A stretch of DNA of 64,000 nt from Candidatus Eiseniibacteriota bacterium (GTDB taxonomy: Bacteria > Eisenbacteria > RBG-16-71-46 > CAVPCR01), in NCBI GenBank assembly GCA_963702435.1, contig CAVPCR010000001.1, forward strand, positions 512,001 through 576,000, in the 5' to 3' direction. Below the pieces are notes generated by a model. That model was not told where the DNA came from, did no database searches, and saw only the letters and a program-made list of their open reading frames with translations. The number at the start of each line of letters is the position of its first letter. Position 1 is the stretch's first letter. This document shows positions 1 to 8,412 of the stretch, one piece after another. A program made the position numbers and the translations under genes.

Positions 1-455
1 TCGACGACCACACCATCCACGAGCAGGCGGCAAGCGTCGGGACCGTTCTGGAGGCCGAGGACGGCGACGCTCGCGGGAGGCGGCTCGACGAGCGCCCCGC
101 CGATCACATAGTGCACGCCCGCGGCGAGGCTCTCGCCGGGAGTGCCGTGCCACGCCTGCCGCCAGTCCCCGGGCCGGTTCCCGTTGCCGCGCTCGATCGC
201 GACGCGACCGAGATCGAGCGACTGCGCGGCGTCGTGAACGAGTTCGATGAACTCGCCGCCCTCGTCCGCGCCCTCCGGATCGTAGAGGACCTCGTTGAGG
301 AGAAGGCCCGCGGCGAGGGCGGGTCCGGCGGCGAGGATCGCCGCCGCGAGCGCGAGGACGGCGGCGGACACTGCTGCTGCGGCGAACCGGCTCGACCGCG
401 CCCGGGAAGCGCGGCGGCGGCGACACCAAAGGAACGACATCCGGGTCCGGCGCAT
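1..455 (-). CDS. Lamin-tail-domain (LTD) secreted protein, 5' part only (runs off window start)
   Basis: Not in the ORF track; translated by hand from ATG 455 (GGAGG upstream): signal-peptide-like stretch, then GLLLNEVLYDPEGADEGGEFIELV...LQNGPDACRL, matching the LTD 'INEv.ydp...EfiEl...LqN' pattern. Confidence 0.75.
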   Translation of the reverse strand, partial: MRRTRMSFLWCRRRRASRARSSRFAAAAVSAAVLALAAAILAAGPALAAGLLLNEVLYDPEGADEGGEFIELVHDAAQSLDLGRVAIERGNGNRPGDWRQAWHGTPGESLAAGVHYVIGGALVEPPPASVAVLGLQNGPDACRLLVDGVVV

Positions 456-548
456 GGCCGCGACCTCCCGGGTCGCCCGGGTTCATGACATGGGGTCAGA
501 GAACCGAACGTGCGCTGCGCTCGCTGCCGCCGGGGCTCGCAGCAAAGC

Positions 549-2819
549 CTAGGCGAGTCCTCGCCGCCGGCGCAGGAACCACTCGAGCGACAGACACGCG
601 ACGAAGGCGATGAACATCGCGGGATGGTTCCAGAGCTTGATCTCGGCGGTGCGGAGCGCGGTCGCCCGCTCGCGCGCGATCGCGGCCAATGCCGAGCGGG
701 CTTCATCCGGCGGCACCCAGGCGCCGCCGGTGCGCAGAGCCAGCCGCCGGAGGAGGTCGGGGTTCGCCGCCGGCGTCATGCCTTCCAAGCTCGCCTCGTC
801 GACGAGGAGCTGTCCGCCCTCGGCGCTCCAGCGTTCGGCGCCGCGCTCGGCCTTGCCGCGCAGGCGATAGAGACCCGGCGGCGGATAGCCGGCCGGACCG
901 GCGTAGCTGCCGGCACCGCGCGCCGGGCCGAGCGTGAGCGGCTGTGCGGCCGCGGCCTTCGTCGCCGTCGCGGCGCGGCCTTCGATCGGCACGAGCTCGA
1001 CCGTGACCTCGGCATTAGGCACCGGCTTGAGCTCGTCATCGGTGAGGCGAGCGCCGAGCGTGACGAGCCGACCGCGGAGGAAGGCGGGCTGATCGGCGAA
1101 GATCTCGAGGTTGCCGCCGCCCTCGCCGCGGGCGAGCCAGCGCACCGCTTCGGTCCAGAAGCGACGCTGGATGAGATCATCCCCCGTCGAGCCGGCGACG
1201 AGAAAGCTCCAGCGCCAGATGAGCGAGCCGTTGATGACGAGCGCCCGGCCTCCCGGCGTGCGGCCCGCGATGACGAGCGGCGCGGTCGCCCGGCCTCCTC
1301 CCCGGCGGGCCGGCGTTGGCCCCACCAATCCCTCGACCAGCACCTCGCCGGTGAGTCCCACCTCGGTCAGCGCGCCGGGCCGGATCGGCGGCAGCTCACT
1401 CCAGAACTGCTCGGCGCGCGACGGCGACTCGCCGAGCGCGGTGACCGGATGGACCGACCCCGCACCGGTCAGGCGCGGCGTGACGAAGATGGGCGCACCA
1501 GGAGCGCGTGCCGCGCGCACCGGCAGCAGGCGATCGAGATCGGTGAGCCCCCCCTCGCGCGTCGCGCTCGGCGCGCCGACGACGAGGAGACCGCCGCCGT
1601 CCCGGGCAAAGGCGGCCAGGGCCTCGCGCGTGACCGCGGGCAGCCGGGGGACGTCCACGTCGACGAGCACCGCGACGCCGAACGCGGCCATCTCGCGCGC
1701 TCGGGTCGGGAGCGCCCCGAGCTTCGCCCCGCCGAGCGGGCGGTAGGCACCTCCCGGGTCCATCCGCACGAGCGCGGTCACCGCGAGCGTGCGATCCCCC
1801 GCCAGCGCCCGGCGGATGAATGTGACATCCCAGGACGGGCGGTCGGCGATCAGGAGCACCTGCAGCCGCTCTTCCTCGACGTTCACGGCGAAGGAGCGCC
1901 GGTTGTTGTCCGCGGTGAGCTCCTCCGGCACCGGCTCGAGCGCGATCGTGTAGCGATGCACGCCGAGCCGATCCGGGCGAAAGCGGATCTCGACGGGAAC
2001 GCGGGCGGACCCGGCGGGGAGCGCCAGCTGCTCGCGGGTCACGACGCGGGCCTCGTCGCTGAGCACGAGGTCGACTCGGGTCGGGAGCGCGAGCTGACTC
2101 GACAGGGTGATGAGGACCACGGTCTCCTGTCCGAGGTAGGCGTTCCGATTGGCCAGGCACTCGACCACCCAGACATCGTTCACGGTCGAGTCGAGCGAGG
2201 CGGGAACCGCGATCACGGGCACCGCCCCGCGCTCGCCGATCGCGACCGGATCCGGCCCGCTGTTGACGCCCCCGTCCGAGAGCACGAGGAGCGCGGCCGG
2301 GCGCGGCCCTTCCGCAGCGAGGACGTCGCGGAGCGCGGTGCCGAGATCGGTCGCCGGCTGATCGGGAACGGCGGCGGCGAAGGGCGGTCCCGCACCCGCG
2401 TCGGCCGCGAGCGCGCGCTCTCCGAACCCGTAGAGCTTGAGGTCGAAGTCCCGCTCGAGACCGGGCCACAGGTCGGTCAGGAGCTCGCGCGCCACCTGGA
2501 AGCGGGTAGTCGAATCCCCGGTCGCCGCGCGCGCGGGGAAGCGCATGCTCGCGGAGAGATCGACGAGCGCCACGAGCTCCGGGCGATCGCCGGCGCGCGA
2601 CACCACGGTGACCACCGGCTGGAACAGGGTGAACAGGAGGAGCGCCAGTCCGAGGAAGCGCAGCGCTCCCAGCACGACGCGAGTCGGTCGCGGGAGCGGC
2701 GGGACCGGAGCTCGATACGCCCAGATGGCGAGCACCACCGCGAGCGCCAGCGCCAGCCAGAAGACGAGGACCCAGGCCCCGCCGGCGCCCAGCGCTATGG
2801 ATCGAATCGGCCACGTCAT
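549..2819 (-). CDS. Membrane protein with vWA domain, Ig-like domain and class I glutamine-amidotransferase-like domain
   Basis: Two N-terminal TM helices; MIDAS motif LVDLSASM and LSDGG; C-terminal 'LSLEWFLRRRRGL' typical of this family; start moved to MTWPIR. Confidence 0.75.
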   Translation of the reverse strand: MTWPIRSIALGAGGAWVLVFWLALALAVVLAIWAYRAPVPPLPRPTRVVLGALRFLGLALLLFTLFQPVVTVVSRAGDRPELVALVDLSASMRFPARAATGDSTTRFQVARELLTDLWPGLERDFDLKLYGFGERALAADAGAGPPFAAAVPDQPATDLGTALRDVLAAEGPRPAALLVLSDGGVNSGPDPVAIGERGAVPVIAVPASLDSTVNDVWVVECLANRNAYLGQETVVLITLSSQLALPTRVDLVLSDEARVVTREQLALPAGSARVPVEIRFRPDRLGVHRYTIALEPVPEELTADNNRRSFAVNVEEERLQVLLIADRPSWDVTFIRRALAGDRTLAVTALVRMDPGGAYRPLGGAKLGALPTRAREMAAFGVAVLVDVDVPRLPAVTREALAAFARDGGGLLVVGAPSATREGGLTDLDRLLPVRAARAPGAPIFVTPRLTGAGSVHPVTALGESPSRAEQFWSELPPIRPGALTEVGLTGEVLVEGLVGPTPARRGGGRATAPLVIAGRTPGGRALVINGSLIWRWSFLVAGSTGDDLIQRRFWTEAVRWLARGEGGGNLEIFADQPAFLRGRLVTLGARLTDDELKPVPNAEVTVELVPIEGRAATATKAAAAQPLTLGPARGAGSYAGPAGYPPPGLYRLRGKAERGAERWSAEGGQLLVDEASLEGMTPAANPDLLRRLALRTGGAWVPPDEARSALAAIARERATALRTAEIKLWNHPAMFIAFVACLSLEWFLRRRRGLA

Positions 2820-3237
2820 ACCCGCCACCGTCCCCTCATCGAGCTTCCTGATCGAGCTCCGTGTCCGGCGCTCTGCCGCCCGGCACCCGCGCGATCGCCT
2901 GCGGCCGCGCCCGCCGGCTCGTCCATCGGCTCCCTCGTGCTCCTTCACCCGCTCGCCGTACCCGGGTTCCCGGCACCGGGAGGGCGGCCGGAGGGACGGT
3001 GAACGACCGGGTAGCATAGGTCGGACCAGCCTCGATCGGCCAGCCTCTCAACCGCCCCACGCCGGCCTGGCTCGGCCCGAACGCCGCCGGCCGGGCCCCG
3101 ATCGGCCGCCGGGCGGGTCCGGCCAGCTCCCGGCCGCCTGGGCCCCGATCCGGGCGTGAACCGGGTGGTCATGGCCGTCAACGGCGTTCGCGCCGGGCGG
3201 GCGGCGTTCGCGCCGGGCGGGGAGGAGGAGGTGCAAC

Positions 3238-3260
3238 GAAAACGGGCCCCGGAGGGCCCG
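3238..3260 (-). terminator. Intrinsic terminator after the STAS gene
   Basis: Hairpin cgggccc-cgga-gggcccg followed by TTTT on the minus strand, ~60 nt past the STAS stop. Confidence 0.6.
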
Positions 3261-3322
3261 CTCGCGGAAGACGAAGATCAACGGCGCGGCGAGTGGCGCT
3301 GGTGCGGGACGCGGGACGCTAG

Positions 3323-3718
3323 CTAAGCCTCGGCCGCTCGGCGCGCGCCGCGGTTGGCGATCTCGGCCTGGAAGCGCTCGATCGCCTCGGCCGCGGTGGG
3401 ATAGGCCTCGAGGATGTTCTGGAACTCGAGCAGCTCGAAGACCTCGTACACATCGGGGGACATCCCGGACAGCTTGAGGTCACCGTACTGCTCGCGGATC
3501 TCGCGGATCTCGCCGATGAAGATCCCCCAGCCCGCGCTCGACACGTAATCGACCCCCGACAGGTCGATCACGATGTTGTGGATCCGGCGCTCCAGGATCC
3601 CGTTGACCTTTTTCTCGAGCTCATGCGAGGTGGTGGTGTCCACATAGCCGGAGACGCGCACGACCGCGATCTCCCCACTCGCTCCGGCTTCCTCCACGAT
3701 GACGTCGATTCCTCGCAT
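3323..3718 (-). CDS. STAS-domain anti-sigma factor antagonist (RsbV/SpoIIAA family)
   Basis: 131 aa; VVRVSGYVDT, IVIDLSGVDYVSSAGWG (phospho-Ser motif), VYEVFELL; GGAGG RBS. Confidence 0.92.
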   Translation of the reverse strand: MRGIDVIVEEAGASGEIAVVRVSGYVDTTTSHELEKKVNGILERRIHNIVIDLSGVDYVSSAGWGIFIGEIREIREQYGDLKLSGMSPDVYEVFELLEFQNILEAYPTAAEAIERFQAEIANRGARRAAEA

Positions 3719-3748
3719 GGCGTCCTCCGCGCGGGACCTGGTCCCGCA

Positions 3749-6640
3749 TTAGCTCCCGGTACGATCGAGTTCCTCATCGCCGTCCGCGAGCGACTCCCGG
3801 TCGGCCCCGGCATCGGCGTAGGGCACGATCCGAGCGCTGTCCACAGCCCCTTCGGCTTCCGGCTCGGCCGCGGCTTCCGGGCCTTCCGGGTCTTCCGGAT
3901 CTTCCGGCTCCGCGGCGGCTCCCGCATTCTCCGCTGTCTCCGTATCCTTCACCTGCACCACGGCGATGGCATCCGCCGCATCCGCCGCATCCGCCGCATT
4001 CGTTACATCCGTCACATCGGTCACATCGGTCACGTCCACCGGGCCGGCGGCTTCCACGGCGGGCGCCACCTCCGCCGATCTCGCTTCATCGGCCGCCGCG
4101 AGCGCGGTAGCCGGCGCCGCCACCGCCTCCGCCGGCAGAACGTCACCCGGCGGATCGGCCGGCGCCTCGACGAACTCCGCCACCGCCGCCGCCCGCGCCG
4201 GGCGCGGCCGGCGCTCGCGCTTCGGGCGTGGAACGCGCGGCTCGAGTCCGGCGAAGGCCCGCCGCGCCGCGGTCGTGCTCAGCTTGAGGCGGCGGAGCGA
4301 GGCCGTCACCCGGGTCGCCTTCACCTCGAGCCCCACGCTCTGGCTCATGGCCTCCGCCAGCCGCTTGGCGCCGCGCTCCGGGTCCTGCCGCACGAGCTTC
4401 TTGAGCGTCTCTTCCTGCTCGTTCGACAGGCGCAGCGGCAGCGGCCGCTTGCGGTGATCGCGCAACCCCTCGCGGCCGAGCGACTCGCGAAGCCGGCGGT
4501 ACCGGTAGTAGGTCGATGTCGAGACCCCTTCTTCGGCGCAGGCCTCGGGCACCGGCTTCCCCTCGACTTCCACCCGCTGGAGGAGGCGCTCCCGGGCCTC
4601 GAGCACGAGCTCGGGGGCCGACAGCCGCTCCTTGATGGCGACCAGCGTGATGTCGTCGTTCTGGGGCGTGTCGCCTGTGAAATCGGCCAGCTCCCGTTCC
4701 AGCTGAAGGCAAAACGCCTGCGGCGCCAGGTGGGCGTAGCGTTTGATCACGGCGAGGAGCCGGTCAGTCCCAAATTGCACCATCTGGGCGTTCATCGCCT
4801 CGGTGATGCCGTCGGTGTAGACGACGAGGAGGTCGCCCTGCTCGAGCGCCACGCGCTCGACCCCGATCGACCTGGCGAAGAGCTCCTGGTCGGGCAGGTC
4901 GATGCCGACCGGGAACCCGCGCGGCTTGAGGAAGTAGGTCTCGTCGGTGGCGGCCCGGTAGAGGATCATCGGATTGTGGCCGGCTGAGGCGTAGCTGATC
5001 AGACGCTGCCGCGAGTCGAGCACCACGTAGAACATGGTGACGAACATGCCCTTCTTCATGTCCGCCGTGACGAAGCGATTGACGCGATCGAGCACGTCGG
5101 CGGCTGCCATCTCGCCGCGGGCCTCGAGCCGGAGCGCGGTGCGGATCATCATCATGACGAGCGACGCGGGCACCCCCTTGCCCGAGACGTCGGCCACCGC
5201 GAGCCCCCAGGTCTCGTCGTCCACGTGGACGAAGTCGTAGTAGTCGCCGCCGACCTCCTTGGCCGCGCAGTACATGGTGCCGATCTCGAACCCCGACATC
5301 TCCGGGAGCGCGCGCGGCAGGAGCGACTGCTGGATCGACTTGGCGACCTCGACCTCCTGCTGCAGGCGCTCGCGCTCGACCAGGCTCTGCTGGGCGTCCT
5401 GGAACTTGCTCGTGACGTCGTTGAAGGCGCGGGCGATGGCATCGAGCTCCTCGAGCCCTGCTTCCTCGAGCCGTTGCTCCTTGCCGGTGCCGACCGCGCG
5501 CACGCCCTCGGTCAGCCGCTGGATCGGCCTGACGATGAGCCGGACGAGAAGGGCGACGGCGCCGAGCCCGCCGACGAAGACGAGCGCGGCCACGAGCAGG
5601 ATGTCCCGGCGCTCGGCCCTGGCCCGCTCGGTGACGGTCGATTCGAGGATCGTGACGTAGAGCGTGCCGAGGTGCGGCCGGGGCTGCCCGGCGGTGCGGG
5701 CGGCGCCCGGAGACGTGATCGGCACCGCTATCACGTAGCGACCGTCGACCGGCCGGGCCGCCCCGAACGCTGCGGCGTCGGCGTCGCGCGGCACCGCGAG
5801 CGTCCCCGCCGGCAACGCGATCCGGCGCAGCACCAGATCCTCGTCGCTCGCCGCCCACACGGTCCCCGCCGTGTCGGTGACGACGATGCTCGCGAACTGG
5901 GTGCGCGCCACCGCCGCCTTCGCCGCCGCGTTGAGCTGCGTCTGCTTCGGCCCGAAGGCCTGCGGGCGGAGGAGGAGATCGACGGACTGCGCGCGCAGGC
6001 TCGCGGCGAGCGTGGCCCCGCTCGCCAGCACCTCGCGCCGGGCGACGAAGCCGGCGCGGCCGAGCAGCACCGCCGCGACACCCGAGAGGAGAATGGCGAG
6101 CAGAATGCTCGTCTGGATGAAGAAGCGGAGCCGGAGGCTCCGCGTGCGGAGCTTGGCCCAGAGGGCCGCGCGGAAGACGGCGAACGGCGAGCGCGGGCGC
6201 GGGGCGAAGCGCTTGACGAGCGTGAGCAGGTTCTCGTCCCCGCTCCGCGCGTGACGCACCTCATCCATCGTCTTGTGGATGAGGTAGAGGCCGAATCCAC
6301 CCTTCTTGCCGGTCTTGACGTAGCGGGTCAGGTCGGGCGTGCCGACGGCCTGCGGATCGAAGGCCTTCCCGGAATCGCGGAGCGTGATCGCCACCTGATC
6401 GCCGTCGGTGACGATCTCGACGCCGATCTTGCCGGCGCGGCCCGCGTAGGCGTGCTCGATGATGTTGGCGCAGGCTTCATCGACCCCGAGGCGCACCTCG
6501 CGGCGGGCGCGCTCGGTGAGCCGGGTGGCGCGCAGCTCGCTCTCGATGAACGTGCGAACCTGCGGCAGATCCTCCGGCCGTGCGGCGACCGAGAGCGTGG
6601 CCCGGCGCGGGCCGTTCGAACGGCGGAGGAGCGGGGTCAT
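3749..6640 (-). CDS. Membrane fusion protein: RsbW-like Ser kinase (HATPase_c_2), TM, periplasmic sensor, TM, HAMP, SpoIIE/PP2C phosphatase, HTH pair, acidic tail
   Basis: Real start MTPLLRR (ATGA overlap with upstream stop). Kinase motifs VDEACANIIEHAY, RDSGKAFDP, GGFGLYLI; PP2C motifs VGGDYYD, ADVSGKG, SAGHNP, YTDGITEA, DDITL; HTH VPEACAEEGVSTSTYYRYRR. Confidence 0.88.
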   Translation of the reverse strand: MTPLLRRSNGPRRATLSVAARPEDLPQVRTFIESELRATRLTERARREVRLGVDEACANIIEHAYAGRAGKIGVEIVTDGDQVAITLRDSGKAFDPQAVGTPDLTRYVKTGKKGGFGLYLIHKTMDEVRHARSGDENLLTLVKRFAPRPRSPFAVFRAALWAKLRTRSLRLRFFIQTSILLAILLSGVAAVLLGRAGFVARREVLASGATLAASLRAQSVDLLLRPQAFGPKQTQLNAAAKAAVARTQFASIVVTDTAGTVWAASDEDLVLRRIALPAGTLAVPRDADAAAFGAARPVDGRYVIAVPITSPGAARTAGQPRPHLGTLYVTILESTVTERARAERRDILLVAALVFVGGLGAVALLVRLIVRPIQRLTEGVRAVGTGKEQRLEEAGLEELDAIARAFNDVTSKFQDAQQSLVERERLQQEVEVAKSIQQSLLPRALPEMSGFEIGTMYCAAKEVGGDYYDFVHVDDETWGLAVADVSGKGVPASLVMMMIRTALRLEARGEMAAADVLDRVNRFVTADMKKGMFVTMFYVVLDSRQRLISYASAGHNPMILYRAATDETYFLKPRGFPVGIDLPDQELFARSIGVERVALEQGDLLVVYTDGITEAMNAQMVQFGTDRLLAVIKRYAHLAPQAFCLQLERELADFTGDTPQNDDITLVAIKERLSAPELVLEARERLLQRVEVEGKPVPEACAEEGVSTSTYYRYRRLRESLGREGLRDHRKRPLPLRLSNEQEETLKKLVRQDPERGAKRLAEAMSQSVGLEVKATRVTASLRRLKLSTTAARRAFAGLEPRVPRPKRERRPRPARAAAVAEFVEAPADPPGDVLPAEAVAAPATALAAADEARSAEVAPAVEAAGPVDVTDVTDVTDVTNAADAADAADAIAVVQVKDTETAENAGAAAEPEDPEDPEGPEAAAEPEAEGAVDSARIVPYADAGADRESLADGDEELDRTGS

Positions 6641-8412
6641 TCGCCGCCCCGCACGCGGATCCGCGCTTCCTCGAGATTCAGGCGGACCGCCGAGTTGGAG
6701 GGATCGAGCGCGAGGAGGTCCTCCCAGTAGCGAATGGCCCCGGCGTAGTCGCCGGTGTTGAAGAGCCGCATTCCGTCGACGTAGAGCCGCCGCGCCTGCT
6801 CGCGCACGCCGGGATCGGTGAGCGCCGAGCTCGGCGCGATCCGCGCCCGGAGCGCGAGCGCGGTCTCGTCGCGCGGGCGGATCGCGAGCAGCGAATCGAG
6901 GGTCGCCGTCGCCAGCTCGCTCTTGCCGACGGCAAAGGCCTCGAGGGCGCGCACGAGGAAGCCCAGACGCTCGAGTTCGGCCGTGCGCACGCCGAGATCC
7001 TCGCGGGTGGCGACCAGGCTGTCGGCGGTCGCGCTCAGCCGGTCGCGCACGCGTCCGATGTTCTCGACCACCGCCGGATCGTCGGGAGCGACCTCGAGGA
7101 TGCGGCCCCAGGCGGCGGCCGCCCCGGCCGGATCGCCGGCCGCTACGGCCGCCTCGGCCTCCGCGTGCAGGCGCGTGATCGTCGTCGAACGCTCCCGCTC
7201 GCTGAGCTGCACCGAGTCGCGCGCGGCGGCCACCCGGCGCGCCTCGATGTCGAGGAGCGCCGCCTTGGCCTCCGCATCCTCCGGCCGCTGGGCGAGGACG
7301 GCGAGCCACGCCGCCTCCGCGACCGCCGGATCCTCGGTCGCGCGCGCGCGGGTGCGCAGGTTCTCGGCGGCGCCGGTGAGCGCCTGCTCGGCGGCGGCCG
7401 CGGCCACGGCGCTCCGCTCCTCCGCCACCGCCATCTCGGCCCGGGCCGCCCGGTCGGCCGCACCCTCGCCGAGCCGCGCCGACACCGAGACCAGGTGCAC
7501 GAGACCGAGGTCGTGCGATTCGAGCCCGTAGTCGAAGGCGAGGAACCCGGCCGTGAACCCGAGCCCGAAGCGGGGGCTCGCGCCGTGCATGCCGGCGCGG
7601 CCCGCCAGGTTCGAGACGATCTGGACCTCGGCGCCGGCGGCGAAGGGCGCGGTGCCGCCGCCGAATCCGGTCTCCGCGGAGAGGAGGAGCGGGCGGCCGG
7701 CCACCCGGCGCTCGTAGGTCGCCCCGACCGCGAGCGAACGCGGCAGCCGCTCGGCCTCGGCGCCGAGCGTGAGCGACGGAGCGAGCAGGTTCCGCACGCG
7801 AAGACCGAGATCGAGCGCCGGGCGCGGGTGCGCCGCGATCCCGAGATCGAGGCCGACGCCGGTGGCCGCCGTCGCGCCGAAGCTCTGGCGGCGCAGGCGG
7901 AAGGACACGCCGACGTCGAGCGCGGAGGAGCCGGCGCCGATTCCGGACGCGGCGCTCTCGTCCGGCGCGGCGAGCGCAAGCGGCCAGGCCAGGCCGACCG
8001 CGTAGCCGGTCGCGATCTCGACGTCGCCGAAGGAGGCGCTCCCGGTCGGGGTACCCAGCGGATCGTAGGTCTCGATGTCGCCGACCCCGATCCGGGCCAG
8101 GCTCCCGCCGAGGACCCCGGGGCCGAACGGCCAGGCCACGTGCACCGCGTCGAGGCTCGCGCCCTCCGGGAGCGGGGCGAAGTGGGCCTCGATCCGGGTC
8201 CCGCCGGCGAGGGCGAGGCGCGCCGGGTTCCAGTAGAGCGCGCCGCCCGCCCCGCCGAGCGCGATCGCGCTCCCCAGCGCCCGTTCGCGCGCGCCGATCC
8301 CGGTCGCGAAGAGGTCCTCCTCCCCCGCCGCCGCGCGCGCCACGGCCGGCCCCAGCGCCAGCGTGGCGCAGGCGATCGCGAGGGCTGTGCAAATACTAGC
8401 GGATGGCCGCAA
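6637..8412 (-). CDS. PorV/PorQ-family outer-membrane beta-barrel protein with C-terminal TPR region
   Basis: Signal peptide; GIGARERALGSA...ALYWNPARLA PorV/FadL-like N-terminal motif; amphipathic strands; TPR-like helices (GDYAGAIRYWEDLLALDPSN); TTG start overlaps upstream stop. Confidence 0.78.
   Translation of the reverse strand: MRPSASICTALAIACATLALGPAVARAAAGEEDLFATGIGARERALGSAIALGGAGGALYWNPARLALAGGTRIEAHFAPLPEGASLDAVHVAWPFGPGVLGGSLARIGVGDIETYDPLGTPTGSASFGDVEIATGYAVGLAWPLALAAPDESAASGIGAGSSALDVGVSFRLRRQSFGATAATGVGLDLGIAAHPRPALDLGLRVRNLLAPSLTLGAEAERLPRSLAVGATYERRVAGRPLLLSAETGFGGGTAPFAAGAEVQIVSNLAGRAGMHGASPRFGLGFTAGFLAFDYGLESHDLGLVHLVSVSARLGEGAADRAARAEMAVAEERSAVAAAAAEQALTGAAENLRTRARATEDPAVAEAAWLAVLAQRPEDAEAKAALLDIEARRVAAARDSVQLSERERSTTITRLHAEAEAAVAAGDPAGAAAAWGRILEVAPDDPAVVENIGRVRDRLSATADSLVATREDLGVRTAELERLGFLVRALEAFAVGKSELATATLDSLLAIRPRDETALALRARIAPSSALTDPGVREQARRLYVDGMRLFNTGDYAGAIRYWEDLLALDPSNSAVRLNLEEARIRVRGGE

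Noticed and set aside
3183..3222. 20-bp duplication (ggcgttcgcgccgggcg) in the intergenic region
   Set aside because: Only two GC-rich copies and no evidence of function
4260..4610. Insertion sequence
   Set aside because: Only the HTH region resembles a transposase; it is in frame within the host protein, with no DDE domain, inverted repeats or target duplication
3749..8392. 1,547-aa ORF as a single gene
   Set aside because: The first ~580 aa are Arg/Gly-rich off-frame translation over the PorV-TPR gene; the real protein starts at 6640
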